Origin: Nitrospirota bacterium
Lineage (GTDB): Bacteria > Nitrospirota > Thermodesulfovibrionia > Thermodesulfovibrionales > Dissulfurispiraceae
DNA: 54,626 nt
Direction: 5' to 3'
Assembly: GCA_021847795.1 (NCBI GenBank)
Contig: JAJZPZ010000001.1
Location: forward strand, 1 to 54,626
This document shows, piece by piece, positions 25,130 through 34,760 of the stretch (its first letter is position 1; every line of letters starts with the position of its first letter). Below the pieces are notes generated by a model that had not been told where the DNA came from, did no database searches, and was given only the letters and a program-made list of their open reading frames with translations. A program made the position numbers and the translations under genes.

Positions 25130-27808
25130 ATGAAGAGGTTTTTCCTCATGCAGTTGTTCCTGGTAGTGTTCCCGTTCCTGCTGCTCCGGACCGGACCGGC
25201 ACAGGCAGAAGCAGAGAACGGCAATGGGAAGGTGGTCAGGGCAACACTGGAAAACGGCCTCCGCGTGGTCATCGTGCGCAACACGCTTGCACCGGTTGTG
25301 ACTACGGAGATCAATTACCTTGCCGGATCCAATGAGGCCCCGGAAGGCTTCCCCGGTATGGCCCATGCCCTGGAGCATATGATGTTCCGAGGCAGCGCAG
25401 GATTGTCGGCAGCCCAGCTTTCAGCGATCATTGCTGCCATGGGCGGCAATTTCGATGCAGATACCCAGCAGACGGTAACCCAATATTTTTTTACCGTCCC
25501 TTCAGATGACCTCGACATTGCGCTCCGGATCGAGGCAATACGGATGCAGAATTTGCTCAACAGCCGGAAGCTCTGGGAGCAGGAGCGCGGGGCAATCGAA
25601 CAGGAAGTTGCACAAGACCTTTCCAATCCTGAATACATTTTCTATACAAGGCTCATTAAAAAAATGTTTGCCGGTACGCCCTATGCCGAAGATGCCCTCG
25701 GCTCCCGTCCTTCTTTTCAGAAAACAACAAGCGAAATGCTGAAAAAGTTTTACAAGACCTGGTATGCGCCGAACAATGCCATCCTGGTAATTGTCGGTGA
25801 TGTGGACCCGGAGCAGGCGCTTGCAAAAGTAAAGAGGCTTTTTGAAAAAATTCCTTCGCACACCTTGCCCCAAAGGCCGGCAGTGCAGTTTCAGCCCATC
25901 AGCCCCGGCAGCATCACGCTGGAAACTGATCAACCTTACGGGCTGGCGATGGTCGCCTATCGCATGCCCGGTTTCGACAGCCCGGATTTTGCCGCAGCAC
26001 AGGTGCTGGTGGATGTGCTGGACAGTCAGCGGGGCAACCTCTATGAACTGGCGCCGCAGGGCAAAGCCCTTGAAGCCGGCTTCAACTGGAATCCTTTGCC
26101 GAAAGCCGCTTCCGGCTATGCAATGGCGGCGTTCCCCCAAGGGGGAGACGGGGCCGCTCTTATTTCAGCAATAAAGGCCATCATATCGGGCTACCTGAAA
26201 AACGGAATTCCCCCTGACCTTGTAGAGGCTGCAAAGCGCAGGGAGATAACCGAGGCCGAACTTCAGAAAAACTCGGTGTCAGGCCTTGCAGCAGCATGGT
26301 CCCAGGCCCTTGCAGTGGAGGGCCGCAACTCGCCGGAAGATGACATCAACGCGATAAAGAAAGTCCGTGTTGAAGACGTGAACCAGGCAGCGAGGAAATA
26401 CCTCATAGAAAAAAATATGATAACCGCCATACTGACGCCGAGGCCTTCAGGCAGTCCGGTTGTTGCAAAGGGCTTCCGCGGCAAAGAATCCTTTGCTTCA
26501 AAATATACAAAGCCGGCAAAACTCCCCGGGTGGGCAAAGAAAGCCGTTGCTCCGCCGGCCATACCGTCATCACATGTAAATCCCGTTGATATGAAATTGC
26601 CGAATGGGTTGCGCCTTATTATCCAGCCCGAATCAATAAGTCCCACTATAGGTATTTACGGACAGGTCAGGAGCAATCCCGGTCTCGAAGAACCGCAGGG
26701 CAAAGAGGGAGTCAATACCATACTCAATGCGCTGTTCCCTTATGGGACGACAACACTGGACCGCATCGCGTTCCAGACTGCCCTTGATGATATCGGAGCT
26801 GATGCTTCAGTAGGGACAACCTTCTCGCTCAGCGTCCTTGCAGACCACTTCGAGCGCGGGGTGCAGCTGCTCTCCGGGAACATACTTGATCCGGCCCTGC
26901 CGGAACCGGCCTTCAAAGTAGTTCAGAAAGAGACCGCAGCAACCCTGACCGGACTCCTGCAAAGTGCCGATTATCTGGCCAGACATTCGCTCCGCCTGTC
27001 CCTTTACCCGAAAGGCGATCCTGCAACACGCCAGGCAACACCGGAAACCGTGAATGCTCTCACCATGCACGATGTCAGGGATTATTACCGCACCGTGTTC
27101 CGCCCCGACCTGACAACCATCGTGGTAATCGGCAAAATAGACCCGAAAGAGGCAAAAAATATTATTGAAAAATATTTCGGCCCCTGGCAAGCCTCCGGTC
27201 CCAAACCCCGGACAGACCCCCGGCCTGTTCCTTTGAACAAACCATCGGTCTCCGTAGTACCTGATAAAAGCCGGGTCCAGGACAATGTTATCCTTGCGCA
27301 GACCCTGGGCCTGACCCGCTCGCACCCCGACTACTACAAGCTCCAGCTTGGGAATAATGTGCTTTCAGGGGCTTTTTACGCCACCCGTCTATATAGGGAC
27401 TTGCGGGAAGAGGCAGGCCTTGTCTATGCCGTTGAATCATTTTTCGATGTCAAAAAAACGCGCGGGCTCTTCGGGGTCTTTTATGCCTGCGATCCGGAGA
27501 ATGTGTGGAAGGCACGCGGCCTCGTGGCGCGCGACCTCCGGGAGATGCAGAAAAAGCCGGTCCCCCCTTATGAGCTGCAGAGGGCAAAGGCGCTCCTGCT
27601 TCGCCGGATACCGCTCAAGGAATCGAGCACGGAAAGCATTGCCTCCCTGCTGCTTTCGTTCTCTGTGGAAGACCTTCCGCTTGATGAGCCCCTCCGCGCT
27701 GCGCGGCACTATTTGAACATAACAGCAGCACAGGTGAGGGCGGCCTTTGCAAAGTGGATACGGCCTGCGGGCTTTGTGCAAGTAATCCAGGGGCCGCTGC
27801 CGAAATAG
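25130..27808 (+). CDS. Secreted M16 (pitrilysin) family zinc peptidase, two fused M16 units
   Basis: HALEHMMFRGS (HxxEH) in the first unit and a second inactive-type unit. Signal peptide MKRFFLMQLFLVVFPFLLLRTGPAQA. The start is set to ATG 25130, just after the cytochrome stop; the ORF track has 25094. Confidence 0.9.
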   Translation: MKRFFLMQLFLVVFPFLLLRTGPAQAEAENGNGKVVRATLENGLRVVIVRNTLAPVVTTEINYLAGSNEAPEGFPGMAHALEHMMFRGSAGLSAAQLSAIIAAMGGNFDADTQQTVTQYFFTVPSDDLDIALRIEAIRMQNLLNSRKLWEQERGAIEQEVAQDLSNPEYIFYTRLIKKMFAGTPYAEDALGSRPSFQKTTSEMLKKFYKTWYAPNNAILVIVGDVDPEQALAKVKRLFEKIPSHTLPQRPAVQFQPISPGSITLETDQPYGLAMVAYRMPGFDSPDFAAAQVLVDVLDSQRGNLYELAPQGKALEAGFNWNPLPKAASGYAMAAFPQGGDGAALISAIKAIISGYLKNGIPPDLVEAAKRREITEAELQKNSVSGLAAAWSQALAVEGRNSPEDDINAIKKVRVEDVNQAARKYLIEKNMITAILTPRPSGSPVVAKGFRGKESFASKYTKPAKLPGWAKKAVAPPAIPSSHVNPVDMKLPNGLRLIIQPESISPTIGIYGQVRSNPGLEEPQGKEGVNTILNALFPYGTTTLDRIAFQTALDDIGADASVGTTFSLSVLADHFERGVQLLSGNILDPALPEPAFKVVQKETAATLTGLLQSADYLARHSLRLSLYPKGDPATRQATPETVNALTMHDVRDYYRTVFRPDLTTIVVIGKIDPKEAKNIIEKYFGPWQASGPKPRTDPRPVPLNKPSVSVVPDKSRVQDNVILAQTLGLTRSHPDYYKLQLGNNVLSGAFYATRLYRDLREEAGLVYAVESFFDVKKTRGLFGVFYACDPENVWKARGLVARDLREMQKKPVPPYELQRAKALLLRRIPLKESSTESIASLLLSFSVEDLPLDEPLRAARHYLNITAAQVRAAFAKWIRPAGFVQVIQGPLPK

Positions 27809-27864
27809 TGGGCCGCTGCCGGACAAAAAGGTATGCACCAGCTTCCCGGATCTCAGGCGTGCGG

Positions 27865-28941
27865 CTAAAGTTTGAATTTGAAAATCCGGTATGGTTCAAC
27901 CGGTTCATTCCACAGGTGAGATTGGGAAGTCGTTACATACATGTTTCCGTCAGGACCTGCTGCAAAGCTGTCCGGCCATGAGAGGCGGGCATCCTGGATA
28001 AACAGGGAAAGCTTCTGATCAGGACTCAGCCTCAGGATAGCGTTTTTTTCAACAGCAGCCAGGTAGAGGCTGCCGTCAGGACCAAACTCTATTCCGTCGA
28101 CCGGGCCTGTTTCCTCAATAGCCTCAACTTTTGGCCTCTGGTCCTGAAGGTTCGGATCATAAAGCCATTTTGCATCAATCCGGTAAAGGATCTGCCCGGA
28201 AAGCGCATGGAAATAAAAATACCTGCCTTCCCTGTCAAGGGCAATGCCGTCCACATGGAACGGCAGGAGTCTTCCGTCAGGACGCCGCCATTTCTTCCCT
28301 TTCACGGTAACAATTGTCTTGTCGGACGTGGTGGAGAAATGTTCGGAAAGCAGCCGCCGCGCCTGCCCTTTCACCAGGTCAACCGCGAGCAGGGCGCCTA
28401 ATCCTGAATCGCTGATATACGCATACTCTCTCTTTGTGTCAATACGGATATCATTCAGGTAACTTGTATAAGGAGCTGCGGTTTCATCAAGGTAAATCTT
28501 CTGTATGACCTGGTTTGTCCGGAGGTCAACCTTCAGGATTTTCGGCCCGTCTTTTATCACGCCTTCGAAATTCGGATTGGCAGCGTCGAGTATCCACAGG
28601 AAATTGTTGCTGTCGATATATACGCTCTGGACACAGATCAAATGCTCCCTGGGGGGGAGTCCGGCATTCCAGGTATTCCACTCCTTGTCCGGGAACGGCT
28701 TTACTGTGCCATCTGGCATGAGTTCCGCAACTGAAAAAGGGACGGTACCCGACCACCGGGGATAGCTTGCAAAAATTCTTCCTTCCCTGGATACCGCAAT
28801 TCCTGTCCATTGATATTTCGAGGCCGCCACTTCAATCAGTTCGGATTCCTTACGCCCGATTGCACCGGGTACCCAGATAAAGAGAACCGTGACGGCCATT
28901 AGCACAGCTGAAGCAAGCCGCCTCAGCAGGGCACGCTGCAT
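27865..28941 (-). CDS. Exported beta-propeller protein, major royal jelly/yellow (MRJP)-like family
   Basis: Signal peptide MQRALLRRLASAVLMAVTVLFIWVPGAIG when started at ATG 28941 (GGGGGG upstream). Contains FLWILDAANP, YISDSGLGALLAVDL and DGIALD, as in bacterial MRJP-family proteins. The family call is from memory of motifs only. Confidence 0.6.
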   Translation of the reverse strand: MQRALLRRLASAVLMAVTVLFIWVPGAIGRKESELIEVAASKYQWTGIAVSREGRIFASYPRWSGTVPFSVAELMPDGTVKPFPDKEWNTWNAGLPPREHLICVQSVYIDSNNFLWILDAANPNFEGVIKDGPKILKVDLRTNQVIQKIYLDETAAPYTSYLNDIRIDTKREYAYISDSGLGALLAVDLVKGQARRLLSEHFSTTSDKTIVTVKGKKWRRPDGRLLPFHVDGIALDREGRYFYFHALSGQILYRIDAKWLYDPNLQDQRPKVEAIEETGPVDGIEFGPDGSLYLAAVEKNAILRLSPDQKLSLFIQDARLSWPDSFAAGPDGNMYVTTSQSHLWNEPVEPYRIFKFKL

Positions 28942-29144
28942 ATATCCCCCCACAAATATAAATGCAAGAGCTACTATACTTATCTTCACATTTAGCATAT
29001 AAAAATTGCACAGGCTCTGTATACAAAAAACAGCAGCGGACTACTTGAAAAGTAAGTTTTATCGAGGCAGTGCCGATAAGTCGACGCTTATCGGGGAGGT
29101 GAATCAGGCGCCTTTATCCGAACGGGATTTCAGGGAATGGGTTG

Positions 29145-29201
29145 AAAATAAAACCGGATGCGCAACGGTCTTCACTTGCCTGTGAACACGCGCACATCCG
29201 G
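29145..29201 (-). terminator. Rho-independent terminator after the 123-aa gene
   Basis: On the minus strand: ccggatgtgcgc...gcgcatccgg stem (29154-29163 with 29190-29201, 2-nt bulge) followed by TTTTATTTT (29145-29153). Confidence 0.6.
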
Positions 29202-29235
29202 GATGGTACTCTCTACAGGTTCTTTGAAAACAGGA

Positions 29236-29607
29236 TCAGGAGTTGCCGTACTGTATCGTGACTTTATAATCTATTTTTGAATGTCCGGAATAGGAGTTAT
29301 CCCCACCACAGACGAGATTACCCTCTCCCGATTCCTTGTGGCTTCTGACCAGAGTTGCGATCACTCTGTCCAGATCGAAGCCCCCGTCAGTGCAGTTCTT
29401 GCTCATGCACTCCATGTTGAAGTAAGCATAGCTGCCGGGGAAAAAGTTCACCGTACGCTCCATAAGCACCTGGTTCATGCCTTTGTGATAGTAGGTCATA
29501 TTGATGACAATGCTTGAAACTTCAGGGAAACGGGTTGAAAGAAGCCCCGCGTCAATCTTGTTCTGCATCTTTTCCATTTTTGCAGCATTTCTTTGCCTGC
29601 TGATCAT
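29236..29607 (-). CDS. Hypothetical protein (123 aa), no family recognised
   Basis: ORF with a GAGGA RBS (ctgcgaaaagaggaacta-ATG). It lies between two minus-strand terminators. The sequence includes MECMSKNCTDGGFDLDRV and LVCGGDNSYSGH. Confidence 0.55.
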   Translation of the reverse strand: MISRQRNAAKMEKMQNKIDAGLLSTRFPEVSSIVINMTYYHKGMNQVLMERTVNFFPGSYAYFNMECMSKNCTDGGFDLDRVIATLVRSHKESGEGNLVCGGDNSYSGHSKIDYKVTIQYGNS

Positions 29608-29623
29608 TAGTTCCTCTTTTCGC

Positions 29624-29649
29624 AGAAAACCCCCTGCATCGCAGGGGGC
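29624..29649 (-). terminator. Rho-independent terminator after csp
   Basis: On the minus strand: CCCCCUGC-gau-GCAGGGGG (29630-29648) followed by UUUUCU (29624-29629). The U-tract abuts the RBS of the next gene. Confidence 0.7.
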
Positions 29650-29663
29650 CTCTTGCTGTGCAG

Positions 29664-29864
29664 TTACTGTCTTACGACGTTGACTGCTTTGGGGCCTTTG
29701 GGGCCGGTTTCGGTATCAAAGCTGACTGAGTCACCTTCTGCAAGGGACTTGAACCCATTGCTCTGGATGGATGAATAGTGGACAAAAACATCAGTTCCGT
29801 CTTCACCGGTGATGAAGCCAAAACCCTTTGATTCATTAAACCACTTCACTGTTCCGTTAGCCAT
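29664..29864 (-). CDS. Cold-shock protein, CspA family
   Basis: [49 protein letters not shown], with RNP1 KGFGFI and RNP2 VFVHY. GGGAGG RBS. Confidence 0.97.
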   Translation of the reverse strand: MANGTVKWFNESKGFGFITGEDGTDVFVHYSSIQSNGFKSLAEGDSVSFDTETGPKGPKAVNVVRQ

Positions 29865-29912
29865 ATAGTATACCTCCCTACATAAAAATTAAAATTTCAG
29901 AGCCTTTCTGAT

Positions 29913-29950
29913 AAAAAAAACGCCACAAAGTTAAAAGTCTTTGTGACGCC
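29913..29950 (-). terminator. Intrinsic-terminator-like hairpin in the csp leader (candidate attenuator)
   Basis: On the minus strand: CGUCACAAAG-acuuuuaa-CUUUGUGGCG, a 10-bp stem with one G-U, followed by 8 U (29913-29920). In plus-strand RNA the same position would be a C-A mismatch and the run would be A. It lies 49-86 nt upstream of the csp ATG. Confidence 0.6.
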
Positions 29951-30205
29951 TGTAAAACCAAAAACTTCCGAAACTCTATTGATATAGTAACACTTTCAGG
30001 GCAAATTAAGCAAATGAGATCAGTACCCTTTAGCTGTTACGGCTTAAGTTTGAAGAGGCGAAAGGGCTCCGGGGGATTCGGCATCCGGTTTATCTGCGAT
30101 GTCGAGACATACGGAAATCCGCCGGACCGACCCACTATCGGAAATTCACTGCCGCTCCCAAAGATGCTATAGTATGAGGAGAGATTCCATATACGAGGGT
30201 TGGAG

Positions 30206-30625
30206 ATGAGAATATACTCGATCAGCCAGTTAAAGGAGCAAGCGCTCAGGGGAAAGATGCAGGAGTTGAATATCCGCGAAGAGGACATTGAAGAGCATTT
30301 TGTGCGTTCAAGCGGCAAAGGCGGGCAGCATGTGAACAAGACCTCCACCTGCGTCTACCTCAAACATACTCCCACCGGCATAGAAGTCAAATGCCAGAAA
30401 GAGCGCTCCCAGGCCCTTAACCGCTTCCAGGCAAGAGTGCTGCTTGTGGAGAAGGTCGAGGAACTGAGAAAAGGCAAAGAAAGTGAAGAGAAACAACAGA
30501 GGGAGAAGCTGCGCCGCCAGAAGAGGCCGCGCCCCCGGAAAGCAAAAGAAAAGATGCTTGAGGTAAAAGCCATGGTATCGGAAAAAAAGAAGCAGCGCTC
30601 TTTCCGATATAAGGACACGGAATAA
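30206..30625 (+). CDS. Small class-I release-factor-domain protein with GGQ motif and basic tail (ArfB-like ribosome rescue / peptidyl-tRNA hydrolase)
   Basis: SSGKGGQHVNKTSTCVYLKHTPTGIEVKCQKERSQALNR, then a Lys/Arg-rich C-terminus. ATG 30206 is preferred (GAGG 8 nt upstream); the ORF track TTG is at 30200. Confidence 0.85.
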   Translation: MRIYSISQLKEQALRGKMQELNIREEDIEEHFVRSSGKGGQHVNKTSTCVYLKHTPTGIEVKCQKERSQALNRFQARVLLVEKVEELRKGKESEEKQQREKLRRQKRPRPRKAKEKMLEVKAMVSEKKKQRSFRYKDTE

Positions 30626-30794
30626 TCTTCCCTGCCCAGCAATTATGGATGGAAGGCGTGCCTCTTGCCTCTGTCTGTCTGTGGATTATAGACACACCCT
30701 CTCATCTTTGAGTCCCCGAATAGGTGCTACAATTTAATTAAGGACTGCCCCTGCTTGAAAACAAACTCTCAGCAGAGACTATGCGGAGGTGATC

Positions 30795-32189
30795 ATGAAA
30801 GAATACGACTTTGTCGTAATCGGTGGAGGCACAGGAGGTCTTACTTTGCTGTATAAGGCTTTGCAGCTGAACAAAAAAGTCGCCCTCCTCACCAGTGGAC
30901 CTATCGGCGGCACCTGCCAGAACTTCGGGTGTGTACCCTCAAAGATGCTGATCTATCCGGCAGATGTCATAGAAACCATCAACAGCGCCGGGAATCTGGG
31001 AATAGAGGCCAGAATCACTAATATAAACTTCAGCGCCATCATGGAAAGGATGCGGCAGTCCGTAGCGCAGAGCGTCCAAGCCACGGAAGATAACCTCAAG
31101 AACCAGGCAAACCTGGATTATTACCATAGCCAGGCGCACTTTACCGGCGACTATACCCTCGCAACAGGAGTAGAACAGATCCGGGGTAAAAAGATATTTG
31201 TCGCCACCGGGTCGCGTCCCATGGTCCCCCCGATCAAGGGGTTGAAAGAGACCGGCTTTCTCGACGAAAAAACGGTCCTCCGGCTTTCCGATGTTCCTGA
31301 AAGCATGGTATTCATCGGCGGCGGCTATATTGCGGCAGAGTACGGCCATTTCTTTTCCGCAATGGGGACAAAGGTTACCATCCTCCAGGATGCAGACAGG
31401 CTCGTGCCCCATGAGGAGCCCGAAATTTCCCACCTGCTCGCAAAAGAATTAGGGAAGCGGCTGGTGGTACACACAGACATGAAAGTCATTTCAGCAAGGA
31501 AGAACGGCAAAATCAGCGCGGTAACAGCAAGGGACAGCAGGACCGGAAGGGAAAGTGAATTCCCCGCTGAAAAAATATTCGTTGCAACCGGCAGGGAATC
31601 GAATGCGGATTTGCTGAAAGGGGAGAACAGCGGGATTGAAACAAACGAAAAGGGCTACATCGAAGTGAATGATTACCTCGAAACGAGCAAAAACGATATC
31701 CGGGCCTTCGGAGATGCTATAGGCAGGCAGATGTTCACCCATGCTGCCGACAAGGAGGCTGAAATCGCCTGGCACAATGCAATCCACGAAAAGCGAAGAA
31801 AAATGGATTTCGGCAGCGTGCCCCACGCCGTGTACACCTGGCCGCAGATCGCATCAGTCGGAATGACTGAAGCGCACGCCCTGCAGAACCATGATATCCT
31901 GGTGGGGAAAGCGCGCTATTCCGACACGGTAAGAGGAATGGCGATGAGGGAAAACGAGGGCTTTGCAAAAGCCATTGTCGAGAAAGAGACAGGAAAGATT
32001 CTCGGCTTTCACATCATCGGGCCTGATGCGCCCATAATAATCCAGGAAGTCGTAAACGTCATAGCACGGGGCGGCGCCGCGGAAGAGATCAAAGAAAGCA
32101 TGCATATCTTCCCTTCGCTTGGAGATCTTGTAACCGAGGCTCTCGGGAATCTCCAGGAAGTGCGGGAATTCGCCGGCGGCCACGCTTAA
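30795..32189 (+). CDS. FAD-dependent pyridine nucleotide-disulfide oxidoreductase (dihydrolipoyl dehydrogenase / mycothione-reductase-like)
   Basis: DFVVIGGGTGG, redox-active GGTCQNFGCVPSK, second Rossmann motif FIGGGYIAAE, and a C-terminal dimerisation domain containing HIFPSL. GGAGG lies before ATG 30795. Confidence 0.9.
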   Translation: MKEYDFVVIGGGTGGLTLLYKALQLNKKVALLTSGPIGGTCQNFGCVPSKMLIYPADVIETINSAGNLGIEARITNINFSAIMERMRQSVAQSVQATEDNLKNQANLDYYHSQAHFTGDYTLATGVEQIRGKKIFVATGSRPMVPPIKGLKETGFLDEKTVLRLSDVPESMVFIGGGYIAAEYGHFFSAMGTKVTILQDADRLVPHEEPEISHLLAKELGKRLVVHTDMKVISARKNGKISAVTARDSRTGRESEFPAEKIFVATGRESNADLLKGENSGIETNEKGYIEVNDYLETSKNDIRAFGDAIGRQMFTHAADKEAEIAWHNAIHEKRRKMDFGSVPHAVYTWPQIASVGMTEAHALQNHDILVGKARYSDTVRGMAMRENEGFAKAIVEKETGKILGFHIIGPDAPIIIQEVVNVIARGGAAEEIKESMHIFPSLGDLVTEALGNLQEVREFAGGHA

Positions 32190-32249
32190 GGCGCCCTTTG
32201 CCCTGCGGCTTGACTTTGTTAAACCAGCACGGCACCACACAAGCCGACA

Positions 32250-32468
32250 TTGACCAGCAGCGGGATGAACATGGTTTCCTGGGGCGCTGTGATGGGTGCG
32301 TGGATTGATTCCGTTGACAAAGACAAATCCAAAGTTACTGTAGTCACAAAACGCCGCCTCTCCATGAATGTTGCCACTACACTTACAGAGGCGACTTTCC
32401 ATAAGCGCTTCGCGCAAGCCGTTGATATCGTAAAAGCAGGCAAAACATTGCCGGTGGCGGCTCCATAA
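32250..32468 (+). CDS. Short ORF of unknown function, possibly a gene remnant
   Basis: 72 codons from TTG (ATG options at 32265 and 32271), with an in-frame TAA immediately upstream (32220). No RBS or family recognised. A hairpin follows at 32488-32516. Confidence 0.25.
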   Translation: MTSSGMNMVSWGAVMGAWIDSVDKDKSKVTVVTKRRLSMNVATTLTEATFHKRFAQAVDIVKAGKTLPVAAP

Positions 32469-32487
32469 TTACAGGAACAGCCTACGA

Positions 32488-32516
32488 GGGGCAGCAGGTA
32501 CTCTCATTGCTGCCCC
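32488..32516. terminator. 9-bp GC-rich hairpin between convergent genes (possible bidirectional terminator)
   Basis: ggggcagca (32488-32496) pairs with tgctgcccc (32508-32516). There is no clear U-tract on either strand. Confidence 0.3.
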
Positions 32517-32607
32517 TGATTCGATATGCATAATTTTCAGGGTCTACTCAACCGGGCACGGCAGGCATTTTAAGCTGTTGCCTTCGATACTGTAACCAAG
32601 CGCTCTT

Positions 32608-33066
32608 TTACCTCTCATACCTCATCGGCACAAACCGCATACCGCTTTCCTCTTTCAGCTCGCCGGTTGCATAAAACCCCAGCGCCTCATATGCGTCCAC
32701 GGCATTGGGGGATGCGTTTACGGTAATGGAGCTTTGCAGGGGGACACGTTTGATTGCCTCCTGCAGAAGGAGCCGACCAACTCCTTTTCTCTGATACGCA
32801 GATTTTACAAAGAAAAGGCAGACATGGTTTTTGTTGCGTGTCTCGATCATTCCGATGATTGACTTCGTGTCTTCATCTACCGCTTCGAGAATGGCGTGGC
32901 TCCCCCTCTGCCTGTTAAGAGTATGGCGGGGGTCGATGTAGACAAAAAACTCATCCACCCCTTGCCGGGGGTAAAGCGGGGCAATATGCTCGAAGAAGAC
33001 CTCTTTAATCAGAGAGGTGATCAAAAAGATATTCTCCACTGCAAAGTCGCGGATGATAATGTTCAA
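32608..33066 (-). CDS. GNAT family N-acetyltransferase
   Basis: 152 aa. Acetyl-CoA binding motif YQRKGVGRLLLQEAI, followed by AYEALGF. Confidence 0.85.
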   Translation of the reverse strand: MNIIIRDFAVENIFLITSLIKEVFFEHIAPLYPRQGVDEFFVYIDPRHTLNRQRGSHAILEAVDEDTKSIIGMIETRNKNHVCLFFVKSAYQRKGVGRLLLQEAIKRVPLQSSITVNASPNAVDAYEALGFYATGELKEESGMRFVPMRYER

Positions 33067-33084
33067 ACCGGACCTCCGGAATTT

Positions 33085-33552
33085 TTAGCCTACATCTCTT
33101 TCCATGACCGCAACGTCGCTGCCATTATATACTTCGGAACACATCGCTTTCCACCCTGATCGTTCGTAATACCGTGCAGCGTTGGGAGTAAAAAGGTAGA
33201 GCTTCTTAATGTGCAAAGCCTTTGCCTTTTGCACGGCTGCTTCAGTCAGCTTTTTCCCTATGCCCTGGTTCCGGTATTCCTCTTTCACATACAACCCGGC
33301 AAGCCAGGGCGATAAATCCTTCCTTGTTTCGAGGTCGTGTATTTTGAGCGAGACGATCCCGGCAAACTGCTCATTAAGCAGGGCGACCAGGGCAAGGGGC
33401 AGCCGTTTTACATTCATGCGGTCACGCAATGCATCTTCCACGTACCATAAGATCTTTTCCGGGCGCATGTATGACCATTCCCCGTAAAGATATTTCGCTA
33501 TCTCAGGGATCAGGTGGGAATGATTTTTCAGGTAATCGATCCGTAACTTCAT
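33085..33552 (-). CDS. GNAT family N-acetyltransferase
   Basis: 155 aa. YRNQGIGKKLTEAAVQKA, followed by YYERSGW. In tandem with the previous GNAT (18-nt gap). Confidence 0.85.
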   Translation of the reverse strand: MKLRIDYLKNHSHLIPEIAKYLYGEWSYMRPEKILWYVEDALRDRMNVKRLPLALVALLNEQFAGIVSLKIHDLETRKDLSPWLAGLYVKEEYRNQGIGKKLTEAAVQKAKALHIKKLYLFTPNAARYYERSGWKAMCSEVYNGSDVAVMERDVG

Positions 33553-33743
33553 CGTTTGTCTGTTGAACAGGTATCTTAAAAGCCCTCTCTCCTTTTAGTA
33601 TAGGCCACCTGTCTCATTGTTTCCAGGCAAAAAACCCTTACCCGTCCTTTTACCCCGGGATTCTGTTGCACTACAGGCTGAACCCTTGCACTTAATTTCT
33701 TTTCGCTTTATAGTAGTAATAGCTTTACAGCAAAGGAGAGCTG

Positions 33744-34181
33744 ATGAATCACACCTTGTTCTTTCAGGAAGGCATCTGGCACGCAAAGGGGCAGTATCAT
33801 GATGAGGAAGACCGCCCGGTTGCGGCAGAAGGAGAAACAAAGATAACCCATCTGCAGGGGAAATGGCTGAATGAGGGAAAGCTGAAGCTGCTGGGGGACA
33901 ACCCTGCTGAATTTCAGAATGCCTACGAAATCGTACCTTTCAAGGATGGAGAGGACACTACGGAGTGGAACTCCATCAATTCCCCTCTCGGGACGATCCG
34001 CGGCAAGCTCATGGTCATCGATGATTCGATCATATCCGTATTCCGTTCAGAAGACGGGCTCTATTCCGGCTCGGAATACATGCTGCAAACAGATGCACGG
34101 AATTATAAAGCACGGGGCTTCCTCTTCAGGGGAGACCGGAAGATATCTTCCTGGAGTGTTGAACTGCACAAAGCAGAGTAA
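33744..34181 (+). CDS. Hypothetical protein (145 aa)
   Basis: AAAGGAGAG RBS lies before the ATG. Composition is balanced and beta-rich. I recognise no family. Confidence 0.6.
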   Translation: MNHTLFFQEGIWHAKGQYHDEEDRPVAAEGETKITHLQGKWLNEGKLKLLGDNPAEFQNAYEIVPFKDGEDTTEWNSINSPLGTIRGKLMVIDDSIISVFRSEDGLYSGSEYMLQTDARNYKARGFLFRGDRKISSWSVELHKAE

Positions 34182-34265
34182 ATCCCCGGCGCAATTTAAT
34201 AGTCATAGCCGCCTGCTCCGATATCCGCAAGCACGCCGTTTCCACAAAAGAGTTCCCCAAGCAGT

Positions 34266-34754
34266 TCACCAGCCCGAGGCAGATCTTATGTTCATGACCC
34301 GTCTCATGGCGGCAATTTCCCCGATATGGTATGCGTTGTGGTCGGCAATGAGCAGCATTTCACGAAAAACAGTGTAGTCCTTTGCATGAGGGATGGGACT
34401 GAAGAAGTCGGTGCCGGGATTTTTCACCAGCTCCTGCGCGGATTTCAGTCCGGCGCGAAAGGCGGTGATCGTCTTTTTCCATTGGGGCCCTGTTGCCGTG
34501 CTCTCTTCAGGAGGCCAGTACCCTGAGGGGTAATCAGGAGAAACATGCCCGGGGGTTTTGACAAATTCAAGAATGTCCCACTGCACAATCCTCATATGCT
34601 CAAGAAGGCGCCAGGGGGTGTAGGTAAAATTCGGGAGTTTAGCGTTGATTTTGCCCAGAGGGAATTTTTCCACCACCTCATCAAAGGACATATGGGCATT
34701 GCCGCCGCGCAGAAGGGCAAACAGCTGCTCGCGGATGACTGCATCGGGTTTCAT
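34266..34754 (-). CDS. DinB superfamily protein (DinB_2-like four-helix bundle)
   Basis: 162 aa. WRLLEHMRIVQWDIL and IADHNAYHIGEIAAMR are typical His-containing DinB motifs. Confidence 0.8.
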   Translation of the reverse strand: MKPDAVIREQLFALLRGGNAHMSFDEVVEKFPLGKINAKLPNFTYTPWRLLEHMRIVQWDILEFVKTPGHVSPDYPSGYWPPEESTATGPQWKKTITAFRAGLKSAQELVKNPGTDFFSPIPHAKDYTVFREMLLIADHNAYHIGEIAAMRRVMNIRSASGW

Positions 34755-34760
34755 GTGCCC

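Noticed and set aside
30037-30348. 103-aa minus-strand ORF upstream of csp
   Set aside because: It overlaps the GGQ release-factor-domain gene in antisense and has a Ser/Pro/Cys-rich composition. The terminator-like hairpin at 29913-29950 is better explained as part of the csp leader.
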